Notes: generated by a model from the sequence alone, not told the origin. A DNA stretch of 64,000 nt from Schmidtea polychroa (GCA_044892525.1 CM097885.1:231942001-232006000); one strand, 5' to 3'; positions 11,339-26,574 are shown, numbered from the stretch's first letter. A program made the numbers and translations.

Positions 11339-13160
11339 TTAATAAAAATCGCCATTCGAACACCTTTTTCACTATATATTTCGATAGCATCACTATCATC
11401 ATCAGGTTACCTAACTTCACGACGGATGAATATATATACTATATTGATAATATATAAACAAATTATAAAATATATAAATTTTAAATTATAAATAAAAATT
11501 TTTAATAATCATTCATTTTAAAAACAATTTTAAATAATCAATTATATTTAAACTTTTAAAATTTTTAAAAATATTATTTTAATTATTTTTTTTAATTATT
11601 TAACATAAATATTATTAATATACATCAACATACAAAAACTTAATAAAAAACATTCATCCCACAATTATTCACTGCATTCTGTACATTGATTTTAGGATTA
11701 AAACTTTTTATCAATAATGCTTCACATATCACACGCTCAAAACAATTATCAAAATTTTTTGATAAGATTTTCAAATTAGACATTCCTAATTTTCTCATAC
11801 AGACTTTATTGTGATCCTTAATATTGGACACTCCCTTCGGTCGACAGTGTTCTTGAACTCGAGTACAGAGATGACGTGAAGTCTCTCTAATGTATGTGGC
11901 ATTACACCCATCACATGTGAATTGATAAACGAGATCCGAATACAATCCAACTGGCGTTTGAGATTTACTAACAAACATACTACGTACTTTGCACGATTTT
12001 GAAACAATTCTATAATTCAATGTACCCAACTGTTTACCAATCTTTCTTTTGAAATCTTTATATCCTTCAGAATACGGCAATACCATCGTATATTTTGGCT
12101 CATCTTGTTTGTTAGTATCAATACTCATATTCACTACATCATTCGATATATCAGTCAATTTATATTCATTCATACTACGATCCTTAGCATTATTCATACA
12201 TTTATCAACAGTCTCTTTCAACGTTAACAATAAAAACCGTTTTGAGTAGCCATTCTTCACCAACTAATTTATCTACATTTTTTACTGAATTTTTAAAAGT
12301 GGAAGATAAGCACCATGATCGATAAATCAATCCTTTCACCATGTTTCTTTTATATTTAAATTCACAAAAACTCTCTGGGGTAGTATAGAGGCCAGTATCT
12401 GTTGGTTTTCTATAAATTTCTGTCTCATATTGTTCATCTTTGCGTTTAATTAACAAGTCAACAAATGCTATGGATGAATCCTTCTCAGTTTCACATGTGA
12501 ATTTAATGTTCTTATGCAATCCATTCATGTAATGCTAAAAAGGTTTCACATGTTCCTTATTCTTAAATATTAGAAAAATATCATCAACATACCTTTTATA
12601 CTCAATTGGTTTTTCATATTGAAAAGAAGCAATTTTCTTTTCTAAACATGCCAAAAATATTGACGCCATTGTTGGTGCTTAGGGCGAACCCATAACCACT
12701 CCATCAATTTGTCCATACCATTCATTATTATAAAGAAAATTAACTTTGGAAGTTGCAAACTCTAAAACTTCCTAAATGCATTTCCATTACACATATTATG
12801 TGCATTAATAATTTCATTCCATAATTCACAACATAAATCGATTGTTTCTTTCAAAGGGACATTAGTAATTAAACTACATACATCAAAAGAAACCATATAC
12901 TCATTAACATTATATTTATTCAATTGTCCTATACATGATGCAAATTCAAAACTGTGCTTACTTTCAAACTCAGATTTTATTAAGGGTTTTAATAATCCAT
13001 CCAAATACTTCGCTATTTTATACTGAGCTGTTCCGACCATAGATAAAACAGGTATCATGGGAACTCCGTCTTTATGCACTTTTGGAAGTCCGTATAATTT
13101 AGCTGGCTGTAAACCTTTTGCATGAATTAATTTTGATACCTCTTTTATTATCAACATAAG
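11339..13160 (-). mobile_element. 5'-truncated Penelope-like retroelement (RT + GIY-YIG), decayed
   Basis: PAKLYGLPKVHK..SFDVCSL..Q.DGVVMGSP..RYVDDIF..YRKPTDTG, then VYQFTCDGCNATYI.ETSRHL.TRVQEH..EALLIKSFNPKINVQ; frameshifts and stops. Confidence 0.95.
11369..11410 (-). ncRNA. Minimal type-I hammerhead ribozyme motif in the PLE pseudo-LTR
   Basis: ac-CTGATGA-t-GATAG(tgatg)CTATC-GAAA-tata-TA-gt: intact core, 5-bp stem II and palindromic stem III; stem I is only about 2 bp next to the core. Confidence 0.6.
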
Positions 13161-13364
13161 CTTGCATTATGTTTAAGGTAGGTTTAGGAGATATATATTT
13201 CATTAAAATTTAATAAAATGGAATTAATTTAATTTAAATAAATTATAAAAAACTTTATCATATTAAAAAAATTATTATTAAATTAACAAACATTTGCTAT
13301 GAATAATGTTATAAAAGAATTTATTTTATATTTTATTATAGTATTATTATAAGAACTTTTATTT

Positions 13365-13480
13365 CTTCCAATATCACCATTGATTATTTTTTTCCATTGA
13401 ATTTATTAAAAAGAGAGCTTGAAGACTATAAATCAGTAATATATCGATGTTTTTTGATATATTTTATTATAGTCTTGAAT
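13365..13480. repeat. Partial copy of the foldback repeat family
   Basis: 'ttccaatatcaccattgattatttttttccattgaatttattaaaaagagagcttgaagactataaatcagtaatatatcgatg' nearly identical to 27570-27655. Confidence 0.85.
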
Positions 13481-15173
13481 TATTAAATATTTATTTATTA
13501 TATAATGAATTAGAAATATTAAAAAGAATATCAATAATAAAATTCTATTTTTTAATGAAATTTTTAAAAATTTAAAAATTATTTTTAATTTTCCAAAAAA
13601 TGTTTACGCATAAATGAATTTATAAAATTATATGAGATCATTTAATTAAACTTAAATATGATCTAGTTAAAATAACTAGAATTTTTTAATCAAATAACCT
13701 CATTTTTCTGTAATAAGAAAGTAAGTTAAAGGAAACAACTCATGAAGTGTCAACTTAAATAAATATTTATATATCTACAAATAATAAGAAGCTCACTTAA
13801 AACATTTCTCAACTTAACAATTTCATTTTCATGTTATTTTTTCGTATTTTCCTAAAGAATGTCTAAAATGAATCTTTCGAAATGTTCGGCTTCTATTAAA
13901 TGTCAGAAAATTTTAACATATGATTTTATTTTAGCTGCATCGATTAAAATTATTGATTTTAAATGTTTATATTAATCATATCACGGAAAAAGTCTAAAAT
14001 AAATTAAAAATTTTAAAATTGTTTTTTCAACGTTTAATCTCCCATTATCAAATTAAAAAATTCACGACGAAAAACAAATTGGTGAATTGATATTAATTAT
14101 GCCACATGATGAAGTTGAAGAAAAATAGTTTTAAATCCGTCTGAAGTTTCTAATCTATTAGACATGTGGCTTTTTCTTTGATGATGTCAGTGAATTGTCT
14201 TTTGTTGTCTTTCTTGAAGCTAGAAAGTATTATTATATCCTCCATGTATGCTGCTTTGAGATTTTACCTGTATTACAGAACTTCGTTGTTTAAAATTGTC
14301 CGAACTTTATATGCCGTTTTACTTCCTTTTTAATACTGAAAGCTTTCTGAATATCAAGTATGGTGATTACTGAACATCAGCTATATTTTCCAGTTGAATT
14401 ATACTTTGATAAATGCTAAAATTCGGGTAAAAGTGTATTTGTAATAGTGTTATATCCGTAATTATACTACTACCGTTTTTATTAAAAATAAGTTGTTGGT
14501 TTCTGAAACTAGTTGCTGATTGATAACTATAAAATGAGCATAGAATAATTCTGAAGGGATAACAAAGATACTAAAAAAAGAAAAAGTGTCAATTGCTGGT
14601 GTTTCCACTATTTTTATAATAAATTTTAATAATTTTTAAGCATTTTGGAATCCTATATTTGAAGCATTATTAATTTGTAGGTTATGTAGATGGCGTTTGT
14701 CAAATATAAATATTATACCGTTTAACAGCAGAAAAATAGAGGTAAAATTGCAGTTCTCATTGCGTCAACCATTAAAAAATAATTTCTATACAATTTCAGC
14801 CAATTACAATATTCTTTACTAAAATTTAAATGTTTTTTTTTAAATATTTCAAATTAGCAGTGTTAAAAATAAAAGATTTGTAATTGAAAATTTCATAAAA
14901 TTATTACATATAACAGTACTTTTTACTAAAAATTTATTTTTACTACATATTTACCAATGACATATCATTTAATTAAAATTATAACTTGCGTAAAATTGTT
15001 CATAACCAGACTCGTTTCTCCTAGAATTTATTATCAAGTTAGAGTGATTAGTTAAATTTATGTGAAAGCCGAATACAATTGACAATCCGTATCAAATGTT
15101 GATGATCTAAGTGATTGAGATTTTTATATTAAATTAATTGTTTTGCAAATTTTCAGAAATTATTCAACAAAGA

Positions 15174-15447
15174 NNNNNNNNNNNNNNNNNNNNNNNNNNN
15201 NNNNNNNNNNNNNNNNNNNNNNNNNNNNNNNNNNNNNNNNNNNNNNNNNNNNNNNNNNNNNNNNNNNNNNNNNNNNNNNNNNNNNNNNNNNNNNNNNNNN
15301 NNNNNNNNNNNNNNNNNNNNNNNNNNNNNNNNNNNNNNNNNNNNNNNNNNNNNNNNNNNNNNNNNNNNNNNNNNNNNNNNNNNNNNNNNNNNNNNNNNNN
15401 NNNNNNNNNNNNNNNNNNNNNNNNNNNNNNNNNNNNNNNNNNNNNNN
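15174..15447. other. Assembly gap (also 45379-45526, 49296-49454, 50213-50373, 59850-59996)
   Basis: Runs of N. Confidence 1.
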
Positions 15448-15609
15448 ACTATAACTTCATTATGTGTTAATGAGTAGGTGTTACACTTAAAAAGAGAAAA
15501 CAAACATGAACTTAGTTTTTCAGAGAACATTGCATTGTTATATTCGTTCGAGTTTTAATCACTATGATTTATGATTCAATAATTACTATTATGAAGTTTG
15601 GATGTTATA

Positions 15610-15850
15610 TATGTGTAGATATGTTAATATCTATGTGATTAAGAAATTTGTCAGGCCCAGCAGAGTCACCTTTAAAAAAATGTTTTGAGACAACTGGGGT
15701 GTTTTTATATAAAAATTACAAATTTATTAACGAATAAAAAATACTTTGGAAATCGACAGATAATGTTGATCTCGAATGTTGTTTATAATAAGTAAGCTAC
15801 TGATATTTGTAGGACAATTGTCAGTGAAAGTACACTCGTAGATTCTATAA
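15610..15850 (-). pseudogene. Exon-like segment paralogous to 53460-53735 (FKGDSAG motif), unassigned
   Basis: FFKGDSAGPDKFLNHIDINIST vs SFKGDAAGYYRFLAQHYNFST; shared DNA 'cccagcag.gtcacctttaaaa'; GT donor at the equivalent position. Confidence 0.45.
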
Positions 15851-16139
15851 AGAATTCTGAGATTATATGGTTCTCCGACTTGTTGGGTTATTGAGTTGGT
15901 GATAAATTTAAATGTTACTCTGACTCCAAACGTGTCGTTATAGGATCCACAAATAACACTTGACAACAGAAATCTTTATTCATAATCACAAATAAATTTT
16001 CTCTTTACACTGACAATCAATACAACACTCTTCTTGGTGACTATACAATGCTTATTACAACACTCGGTGAGGAATAGCACTTGCGTATAACACCGGATTA
16101 AAAGATCACAAACTACTGATTGGTTTATCATCTGGGACT

Positions 16140-16830
16140 TTGAGCTGGTTGTTTTCTTTGACCTTCTTCACGAGTTTATTCAAAAAATCAAGTAACTTCT
16201 TTTCGTTTAATTTTCCAAATAATTCATTTATTCAAATCTTCTCCAACAATTATTCTTCACAATTATTTTCTATACAATTCTTTTTCACAATCGTTTCTCC
16301 AATAACGTTTCGTCTGACGTTGTCTGATTTTTCTCCAATAATTTTATCTCTCAAATTGTCTCTCAAATCGTTTCACAAATTGTTAGTTTGTTACCAGTTT
16401 CTCTTTATATAGTTTGCTTCTATTGTGACACTCAAGATAATCAAGTGTTTTTCACTTTCTTTCTCCTGCTTTCCCCGACTGTTCCATTTTTATCTCTGAC
16501 GGCTGTCAAGATAGTTTTCCCTTTTCCTTTTTTTGTTTGACCGCCTTCTCCCATTAATTCTGTTATCGCTGGTAGGCTGTCGAGATAATAATATTGTTGT
16601 TTACCTTTTTCCCGATTTTAAAATTCCTTTTCCTTTTTGTACTAATTAATTAGTACTGACCTTGGTTTTTATTTTCATGTTTGATTCCTTTTGTTTCCTT
16701 CCTCTTCCTTATTTCTTTTTGCTTCCGTTTTCTTTTCTGAGTTCCCATAGATCGTCCCGATTGTCATGACCATCTTCCCCCAGGTAATTTATTTATTATG
16801 TTATTTTTCATTTAGGTATCCTCAACAGAG
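16140..16830. repeat. Pyrimidine-rich segment with a diverged paralogue at ~63376-63795
   Basis: Shared 'ttccccca..AT-rich..(t)aggtatcctcaaca' and collinear T/C-rich blocks; the minus strand gives a stop-riddled K/E/G-rich frame. Confidence 0.45.
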
Positions 16831-19800
16831 TAGTCTACTAAGAGAATTGCTTTGGGCTATTGTATTTCTTTATATATTTCTTTTTCTAGGATTATATTTC
16901 CTTTTATTGTCTTGAAATAATAAAGTTTGATTCGATCACTTTTCTTTTCCCGAATTGTGTTCCTTTTTGATTGTTTTGAAATCACAAGTTTTGATCCAAT
17001 TGACTTCTCAAATTGTATACATTTCTATTATTTTGAAATTATAAACTTTAATCTAGTTGCTTTATTAGATTTAAAATTGTAATAAGTTCAAATGAATGAC
17101 AAATATAATGATAATATGTTTAATCATACCTGGATAAAATAAAATCGGTTTGCCTGGATATATCCAAAGCTAACTTATATTTTATTGATATCACAATTTG
17201 CGTACTTCAAATTGCATCATTTCGCATTGCATCATGTTTTTCTGGTCAAAATCAAAGTAATCGTGTATATTTAAAATAGATTTTAAAAATTTAATCGGAT
17301 TCAGTGTTCAGTGGCCAATTAGTACATTCTAACGCACGAGTCGGAAAACTAAAAATGCGACTCTCAGAAATATTTTAAAAATCATAAATATATGAATTTA
17401 CATACAGAGTAGGAAAACGAGAAAGAATATTTTCATCTTGATGTATAATTCTTTGAAAGATAAATTTTTATTTTTCTTCCAAGATTCTTTTCAAAAATAA
17501 TTTATCTTTATCTTGTGTTGATTTAGTTTCTCTCGTTTTAAAATTAGTTATGAATTTTAAGCATATTTTATGGAATTTTTTATTATTTTCTGATTACTTT
17601 CGCATAAATTGTTTTTTTTTATTTTTCTAATTTATTTTCTCTTTATTTCTAGTTATAAAGAAATTCTTTTTGCCCAACTATATCAAATAAAATTTAATAA
17701 ATTAAAAATGATGAAAAAAGAAGACTAAAAATATATTTTAATATTTAAAATAAAAATAAATAAACTTTAATACAGTTTATATTCAAATCAGGACTTAATA
17801 TTTAACCAAAAATTGAAATGTAATACACAACTATTTTTTATAATAAATAAATTTTAATTATTTAATTAAAAATATTTCATTAAATAATAATATTTAATTG
17901 CATACTTGTTAAAATTGTTAAATTCTTCACATAAAATAATTCATTATATTTTTTTCTCATTAAATCAGCCTTGAGAAATAATTGAAAATAATTATAAATT
18001 TATTTACAGGTCAATAAATTTCGGAAAAATTTCAAATATGTTAATTTTAAAAATTGAAAATAAAATCTAATAAATGATAAAAGTACAAAAATTAAAATTT
18101 CTGAAATAAATTGCAATGTGTATATTATTTATTTATGTGTATTTTATTGTAAAAACTTAAAAAAGAATACAAAAATATTTTTTGACATATTTATTTTCTT
18201 AATCTCTATCAAATGGTTTGAGATTTGATAAGAAATTAAATTATGATTAATGTCTCGTTGTTGAGTTGGATTTCGAATCAGTTCTTAAATACTTTATTTT
18301 CAGTTTAATAATAAATCTTATTAGACATTGAAGATTTCATCTTTTTTGGGATTGGCTAAGTGTCTATGTGGCGGAAGATCTACAGAAAGTAAAAAAGAAT
18401 TTATTTATAAAAATAAGAAATGAGATTTCAATAATAACAAAATTTGTTTTGAAAAATTTATTATCAAATTATATTACAATTAAGTTGTTTTAGTAATAAA
18501 TGTAATTGAATATTGTTTTTACTTTCTGATATTTAGAAAACCTTCTTATAATACTTTTTTTCTTATAATAATAACATAATTTTAAAATTGCAGAAAAACC
18601 AACTTTATTATATGTTTTTTTATTTTTCGTCATATAGATTTTATCTATCCTATCCAAGTTGAAGGGTTTTCGGAGAAATATTTTTTCTCAAATATTTCTG
18701 TACATCATAATGGATTTCACGCGCCACTGAGTTGTTTGAATGCTGAAATCTTTTCTCATACTTATTGAGATTTTAATTCAAGGCTATTTCTTGACTTTTT
18801 GTGTTTTTTAATTAATTAAGCTCAAACTCTCAACTTATATTAAATGATAAATGTTTCCACCGTTTAAAATACAACATTTATTATGATAAAGTCTGATTAT
18901 TACTGCCATAGTGCCGAGGCCTTGCAAAATGAAATAATAAATATATCCTTTTTGTATTGATGTCAAAAATTACCCCAAATTAAATTTTTAAAAGTCAAAT
19001 TAATCCTTTTTTTGTCTTGAATTTGAACATTATTTAAATATTTTATTTTAGTTGTTTAAATTGATAAAGAAAATAAATCATGAAAAATACTATAATATAA
19101 ATATATATTCAATTTTATTTTTGTATTTTATTAAAATCCTTTTCTTCTTTCTGAAGTTTTATTTCTTATTTATTTGTCTTATTTGTCTAACATGATTATT
19201 TCTTTAAAATACTAAAATTATCTATTATAATTATTGCTTTTACCAAAGATTATCTCAACTGTCACTTTTTCAACATTATTTTTTCAAATATTTCTTAGTC
19301 TTACCAAACATGAACTTTGAATATTTGAGCATTCAAGACGAATATGGACAATTTCATAACATGCGTACCATTGAACCTTTGATTGTTGTTCTCATTTTTT
19401 ATTTTTTATTTCTCTCTTCAATTCAAATCTTTACTGAAATCTTTGTGATATTTTGCTGCTCTTTTTTGAATTGATTGATTGTCTCATTTTCATTAAAATC
19501 TTACAATATTTATGTGGTGTTGTATATTTATGTTTTGAATCTCTGACATACTAGATTTTTATTTTGAGAAATTATTTTTAAGTAAATATTCGTAATTTGA
19601 AAGCGTTTTATTTCACATCTTTTTATTATAAAAACATATTTTTAAAAATAGTCTAACTTTATCAAAGTCAGTTTAAGTTTCAGAATATTTTGAGCATCTT
19701 CTTTTACTTTGGTATTCTTCAAAGATTTATCTGAAACTTTTCAAATAATCTTCTTTCTCGGAAATTTTATCAATTTTCATTTAAATAAACTCGAACAATA

Positions 19801-20665
19801 AATTTTTGTTTTTGTCCAATAAAATTATTGTTAAATACGATTCTATCCTCCCGATATATTTATCCTAATCATCTTCAATATTATATGTTTTTGACTGTGA
19901 GTGAGAGAATTCTCAGTAATTTTTGAGTTGAAAGTGTGGTCATCATGTTATACGAATTAACAAAAGTATTTATAAGAAATGTTTTCATTTCATTTAAACA
20001 ATGCATAATGCATGTTCTGACGACATTTTTAGTATATATTGTCTAACTGTAATGAATACACCCTTTTTTATTTTTCTGTTGCTTAATTTTATTATATTTC
20101 ATATTGATAAAACAATAATTAAAAGATTTATAATATTTATTTCCTCATTTTATTTGTTTCTATCTTCAAGAAATTCTATAATTTAAAATTATATCGAATT
20201 TATTTCGTCTGCGAAAGATAACATTTATGAAAAGTAAAATTTAAACGAGTCAATTTTTGTTATTTTTACTTAACAATAAATATAAAGTAATTATATTTCT
20301 TAATCTTGACAATATTATAGCAGGTTATTTTAAAAGAACCTATATTATATAGAAATATATTATATAGAAATAATATATAGTTATTCACTTAATAAAACTC
20401 TAATGAAAAAGTAAAATAAATTAGGCATCAGTTTTAATTGAAAAAGACCGAAAGTTTACTAAAAATGATTTTAATGTTGTAGTGTTTACTACTTCTTATG
20501 ACATTGGAATATAAATATTTGCCAGGATATACACTAGGAATTCTCGAGTAAAGTAATATTTTTTAATTTTATTTTTACAATTCAATTATCTTAAAAATAA
20601 ATTTTAAATAAATAATAATATAGAATAAACACAATAATGTAAACATTTAAAAAAACTAATTTCTG

Positions 20666-20742
<77 letters not shown>
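20666..20742. repeat. (AAT)n microsatellite
   Basis: Perfect AAT run. Confidence 0.97.
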
Positions 20743-20743
<1 letters not shown>

Positions 20744-23204
20744 TATGTATAAAAAAATCTAGATATATGAATATATAAAAAAATATAAAAAAGTATATAA
20801 AAATAAAAAACTTATGAAAAAAAGACGTTACTTCTGCAAAGCTATTTATATTATATGATAAGTCGATTCTATAACTTTTTTGTATATTGAATAATTCATT
20901 TATTCACTCATAATTTGTTGATAATATTCCAATAGGATTTGAATTTGAAATTTTCTTGTGAAATACTTACAGTGACTGCCAAAATTGACTAAATGTTTTT
21001 TATGTCTTTAGATAAATATAGACATCAATGTTAATCATTCACAAATTCTTGTAAGATTTTCACTAATTGTTTCTGTGTGCATATGAAACAGTTTCAATGT
21101 GTTATTGTTTAAATCAATCTCCTCTACGACAATTTGGCGGCATTTTAATTCAATTTAGTCATCGACCCAATTTTGGCACTGCTATATTCATTTGACATTT
21201 TAGTCTTATAATAATATACTGTATATATTTAAAAGTAATATATGTAACTTCTCTTTATATTAATAACTTGACAGTAGAACTTTTATTTTCGTATTGTTGT
21301 TCAAACCTAATATTTCTAGAATCTGTATTTTCATAAAACCTTAAGTAAAAAATATTATTTAAATTCTACATAATTATTAGTTTAAAGTTTTATTTCTGTG
21401 ACATTTTTAAAACTTCTCTCTAACATAGATTTTTAATATAAATTGTGTTTAAAAATACCAGTTGAAAAGAAATCAGAGGTGAAAACAAAAAGAAGTTCTT
21501 ATAATATTTGAATATAAACTTTATCATTTCATTTATTTTTATTGTGACGATTGATAAATCTTTTTCGGCATTATCCTTATCAAGCAGTGATAAATATTAC
21601 ATGTGTGCTATATGTACGTCTCTTGTATAATGAAATATTGTGAACTTTTTTATTTTATCATTTTTTCGCATTTCATTTTCAAACTTTATAGCAATATTTG
21701 TTATTGTTTATGAATATTTGCATTTTTAAAGCAAATGTAAAGTGGTAGACAGATCAGCGTGTAAGATTAACGAATTTATGCCAATTTTATATTACATTTG
21801 TGCTCTCTTAACTAGCGCGCCTACAAAGATGCTAGTCACAGCAATACCAATTTAAGTAGAGCGTATAGTTCGAGGTTTAACAAATGCATCCGAATGCACA
21901 CGTTATAAAAAGCCAAAGCTAAACCTTTCCTTCTGTACTATAATATCTATTTAAAATTTACTCTATTTAACTTATTTTATACTGTATATTTTTTAAAAAT
22001 ATATATTTTTTGTGAAAAATCAAAACACACTCGATAAAAACAAGGAAAATACTTTAATTTATAATCATAATGAAAATAAGTGAAATGTTTAAAGAACAAA
22101 ATAGATAAAGATGAACAAGAAATGAAATTTTAATTAATTATTTTTGAAAAATATTTCCATTGATATTATTTTAGAATAATTCCTGCACTTTTAATAATAG
22201 GAAATAAAATGGCAAACCGGATAAAATATTTTCTAACCGAAAGAAATATTAGCGGTAAAATATCAGTGCTTCATTTTGAAAAATTTTTAGAGAAAGTTCC
22301 ATTGAAAAATTTCAATTGTTATTAACAGCTGGGTAAATATGAACAAAATGTAATTTAATTTGTAAATAATTTTAATCAACTTACTTTTATTAAATGTTTT
22401 TCCTCGGTAAGAAAAATTACATAAATGTTAATTGAATATCATTTATAACATATTAATTGGTTTTGTGATTATCTCATAAAATTAATTCTTCCAGAACTAA
22501 TCTCTTGCCTATCCAGATATCAATGAAAATTTATAATTAATTCTTCAATGGGAACTGGGAAAAATAATTAACGGCTTGGATTTGAAGTTATATTTTCAGC
22601 TTCAGATTATAATTGAGAACATGACCAAAAGAAGAGCAAAGTTATAGTTCAAATTAATGTAAAAATAAATATTTAATAATTAAATTAATTTAAATCAAAG
22701 GATAACATGTTTTCTTGTGGTTCTGATTTACTTTATCTCTTTAATCTTGCATGGATTTGATAAGTAAAGAATTTACTTTGAATATTTATGTAATGAAATA
22801 TTATTTGTATGAAAATTAAATTTAATCATTTTTTCATATGAAAAATCTATTAAAATAATTTTTTTTTGTTTTACGAAAGTACGGTACAATGAGTCCGCTG
22901 TCCCCTAGTTTATTATGACTGATTTTGAAATGGAAATGACAAATATAATAACGTTAGTTCGGACTGAAGTCAAGAATTTTGTAATTGCTGTATATTAAGA
23001 AATATTTTGAGTCAAGGATTGTTTTTTATTTTGAAAAAAAAATGATGAAAAAGTTGTATTATATTTATGTTTATGATTTTTTGGGCATCAAATAATAAAT
23101 CTAAACTCCTTGTTCTTTTATTGGTGGCTTACATATTGAAAAGTCAACCTTCAGTTTCTTCTAATTTCATATTATTTCTTATATATATATATATATATAT
23201 ATAT

Positions 23205-26200
23205 TAGGGTGGCCCAAAAAATTGAAAGTTAAAAACTAACAACTCTCACCCTTCCAAGTTGTTCCAATTGCTATAAAAATAATTAGTGCAAAATATTTCT
23301 GCAATTTGACAATATTTAAAGGTGGCCCACTGGTGATGAAGTTTTGACATGGTGTTTCTTTTGCCGGTAATTCAGGGCGAGTTATTGGTTTGTTATATAG
23401 CAGTGACTGAGAGAGTATGGATGATTAACCTATTTAAGTGTTACTTATTTATTGGTATTTTATTGAATTTATTAGACATTCTTTGCTAATTCTCTTCTGT
23501 TTATGTTTATATTTGTTTTTCATTTTTGAGACAAAAAGTCAGCTATTACTCACCAGTCGAGATGCAATTATGCAATCTTTGTTCTCTTCATGTATTAATA
23601 GTCAGTATTTTACTTTGCTGAATTATATGCAAAAACCCATCGTTGTTGAATGCATTTTACAATGTTAAATGTACTCTTGTACTATACAGCAAATTTAAAA
23701 TTTTTCAGTTGTTCATTCAATTATGCCTAGTGTTTTGCTTAACCTAATCGTCTCCACTCTCCATGTTATTGTGTTTCAGATTTAACAGAATGGAAACAAG
23801 ATCTAATGATAATGTTTACTTGATTAAATCATATGTTCCTGAAATTCTTGGTGCAAAGCTGCCATCGTATTATCAGACATTTGGGTACTTTCTACACCTA
23901 CATAAAGTAGAAAAAATGACTCTTCGCGAAGCCAGTAAACTGACAATCAACGTGATAATGGAGTTCTGGAAAAAAGCAAGCATTCCAACAAGAGCAGAAC
24001 AGCACTGCATTCAGAAGCTTGAATCAGTCTTTTATGAATGGAAGGGTCTCCAAAAACACAAGTCGAGGTCTGGTGAAGCTCACAAAAAACAGGAGCATGA
24101 ATTTGTTTCTCATCTTGAAGATCTGTTCGACATAGCCCATCAGGATGCACTAACTATCATTAGCAACCCAGAAGACAGGGCATTCCTGTTACGCCAGAGA
24201 GAAAAAGGGCGTCCAGGATCCATTGGTGTCCGGGATAAAGTTACTGAACGTAAAGCTAGAGCAGCTGGTGAACGCAAACAAGTTGAAGCAAGGCGGCGGC
24301 AAAGGTCAGTAGATGAAATGAATATCAGTGCTTGTTTGACAACTCTCGAATCATCATCTGGTGAAGACAGTGACCATGACCAAGAGCAGATTGTCTTGTG
24401 TGATGATGAATATAAACCTGTTGCATCCTCATCAACAGAGCCTGCTGACTGTATCACAAAGCCAGTGCCAAAGAAAGCTAAGACTGATGTATTGACTCCT
24501 GGGCTAATGGCAGCTCTGGACAGAACACAGACATCCTCCAGAAATGCTGTTTATGTGTTGTGTGAAACAGCATCCCGCCTTGGTCACAATGTTGATTCCC
24601 TCAACATCAGCAGGAACTCAATCCACCGAGCCAGGTGTAAAGCTAGAACAATTGCAGCATCACAGCTGAAATCAGAATTTCTATCTGTAAACCATCTGAC
24701 TGTCCACTGGGATGGAAAGTTATTGGAAGATTTGACAACTAGAGAACACGTCGACAGGTTACCAATTCTCATCTCAGGTGTTGGTTGTGAACAGCTGCTT
24801 GCAGTTCCAAAACTGTCATCTGGAACTGGTGAATCCCAAGCTACTGCCGTGGTCAACGAGATAAAGCAATGGGGCATCGAAAAGCAGGTTGTGGCTTTGT
24901 GTTTTGACAACAAGTTCAAACACTGGTGATAAGCAAGGTGCTTGTGTCTTAATTCAACAGATGTTGGCCAAAGATCTCCTATACTTGGCTTGTCGTCATC
25001 ACATCATGGAACTTATTGTCGGTGCAGCATTTGACCAAATGGTACGAGGTTCATCAAGCCCTGACATATCAATCTTCAAAAGATTCAAGGAGCACTGGAA
25101 ATTCATAGATCGTGACAACTACCAGCCGGCAGAAACGGATCCATTCATCGACAATCTCATTGCTAATAGTCGAAATGAATTATTGGAATTTGCTCGCATG
25201 CAACTTGAAGTGCAGCAGCCACGAGATGATTACCGGGAGTTCCTGGAACTGTCTATGATTTACCTTGGCCAGGCTCCTTCCAGGGGGATTCACTTTCAGT
25301 CTCCAGGTGCAATGCATCGAGCAAGGTGGTTGGCTAAAGTGCTGTACAGTATCAAGATGTGGCTTTTCAGAGCACAATTCAAGATGACACAGAGTGACCT
25401 GAAGGGAATCACTGCTGTTGCTGCATTTGGTGTGCTTGTCTATCTCAGAGTATGGATAACAGCACCTCTGGCAATAAATGCACCATTGAATGATTTCCTG
25501 TTGATGAGACAGCTCCTTGAATACCCGGATGTAAACATTTCATCTGTAACCAGCAAAAAGCTGGGACTGCATCTGTGGTATATTTCAGAAGAGCTGGTAA
25601 CACTCGCTCTGTTTGACTCCAGAGTTCCAGCTGAAAGCAAGAAGCTGATGCTTGCAGCCATGGAGAATGCTGCACCTGAGCATCCACCTAAACGTCCCAG
25701 AGTGGAAACATCAGCCTTCACAAACAGCAAGGGTCTCGAACAGTTCTGCACAGCCAATTCAATGACCATGTTTCGTCTTCTGCAGTTACAGACGTCATTT
25801 ATGTCAAAAGATCCATCAGAATGGGATGAGGATGAAACATACCAATGTGCACTGAGAACTGTTAAAGGATTGGCTGTTGTGAGTGACAGAGCTGAGAGAG
25901 GGGTAGCCCTCATTCAGGACTACAATAAAAAGCTAACCAAGGATGAGGAACAGCTTCAAATCATGTTGCATGTCGTTAGCGAACATCGCCGGCTGTTTCC
26001 AGACTGCAGCAAATTCGGTCTCATGATGGCCATGTCATCTACGCCAACCACACCTTAACTATCAAACTCGGACTGATCTTAATTAGTAGTTACGACTAAA
26101 AACTGTGTTCAATCACCATGTTTTCAGTTTCCATGTTCCATGCACTGTTGTTATTTTACCCTAATGTGTACTGACTGTGTGACTGATAGTAATGTTCGAC

Positions 26201-26574
26201 TTTTGAGTTTGTCTACTTTGACTGGCTAGTGACTATAGGCCCAGTGATAAACTAAACTAGTAAACTGCTTCGGTTGTTAGGTGTGTTTATTGTCAAATAT
26301 GTCTCTGTTTTCACTACAGTTAATGTTGTAATAAAAATGAGATAATTTTGCTGCTCATAATTTCGTCAAACACAGTACAAGTATCAAAAAACGTATAAAA
26401 ACCACTTTAAAATATTTGTACTTCAAACTTCTAGATTGTTGGGCCACCTCTAAATGTCGAAAAATTTCAGAAAATATTTCACAGAAAATTTTCTTTTCAA
26501 CATTGGAACAAGTTGGAAGGGTGAGAAGGTGAAGTTTAAAACTTTTATTTTTTTGCTATACTGCATGGGCCACC

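Noticed and set aside
14222-14260. AYMEDIIILS resembling the RT YMDD motif (minus strand)
   Set aside because: The flanks lack other RT motifs; too short to support.
15138-15530. ORFs spanning N runs (also near 45.3, 49.3, 50.2 and 59.8 kb)
   Set aside because: Artefacts of assembly gaps.
21740-21930. Structured RNA or hAT dimerisation-domain fragment
   Set aside because: Higher GC, but no convincing fold or motif match.
24889-24929. Programmed ribosomal frameshift in the hATm transposase
   Set aside because: No slippery heptamer; a 2-nt deletion in the conserved CFDTT motif explains it.
23947-25913. Several minus-strand ORFs
   Set aside because: Antisense shadows of the GC-rich hATm transposase frame.
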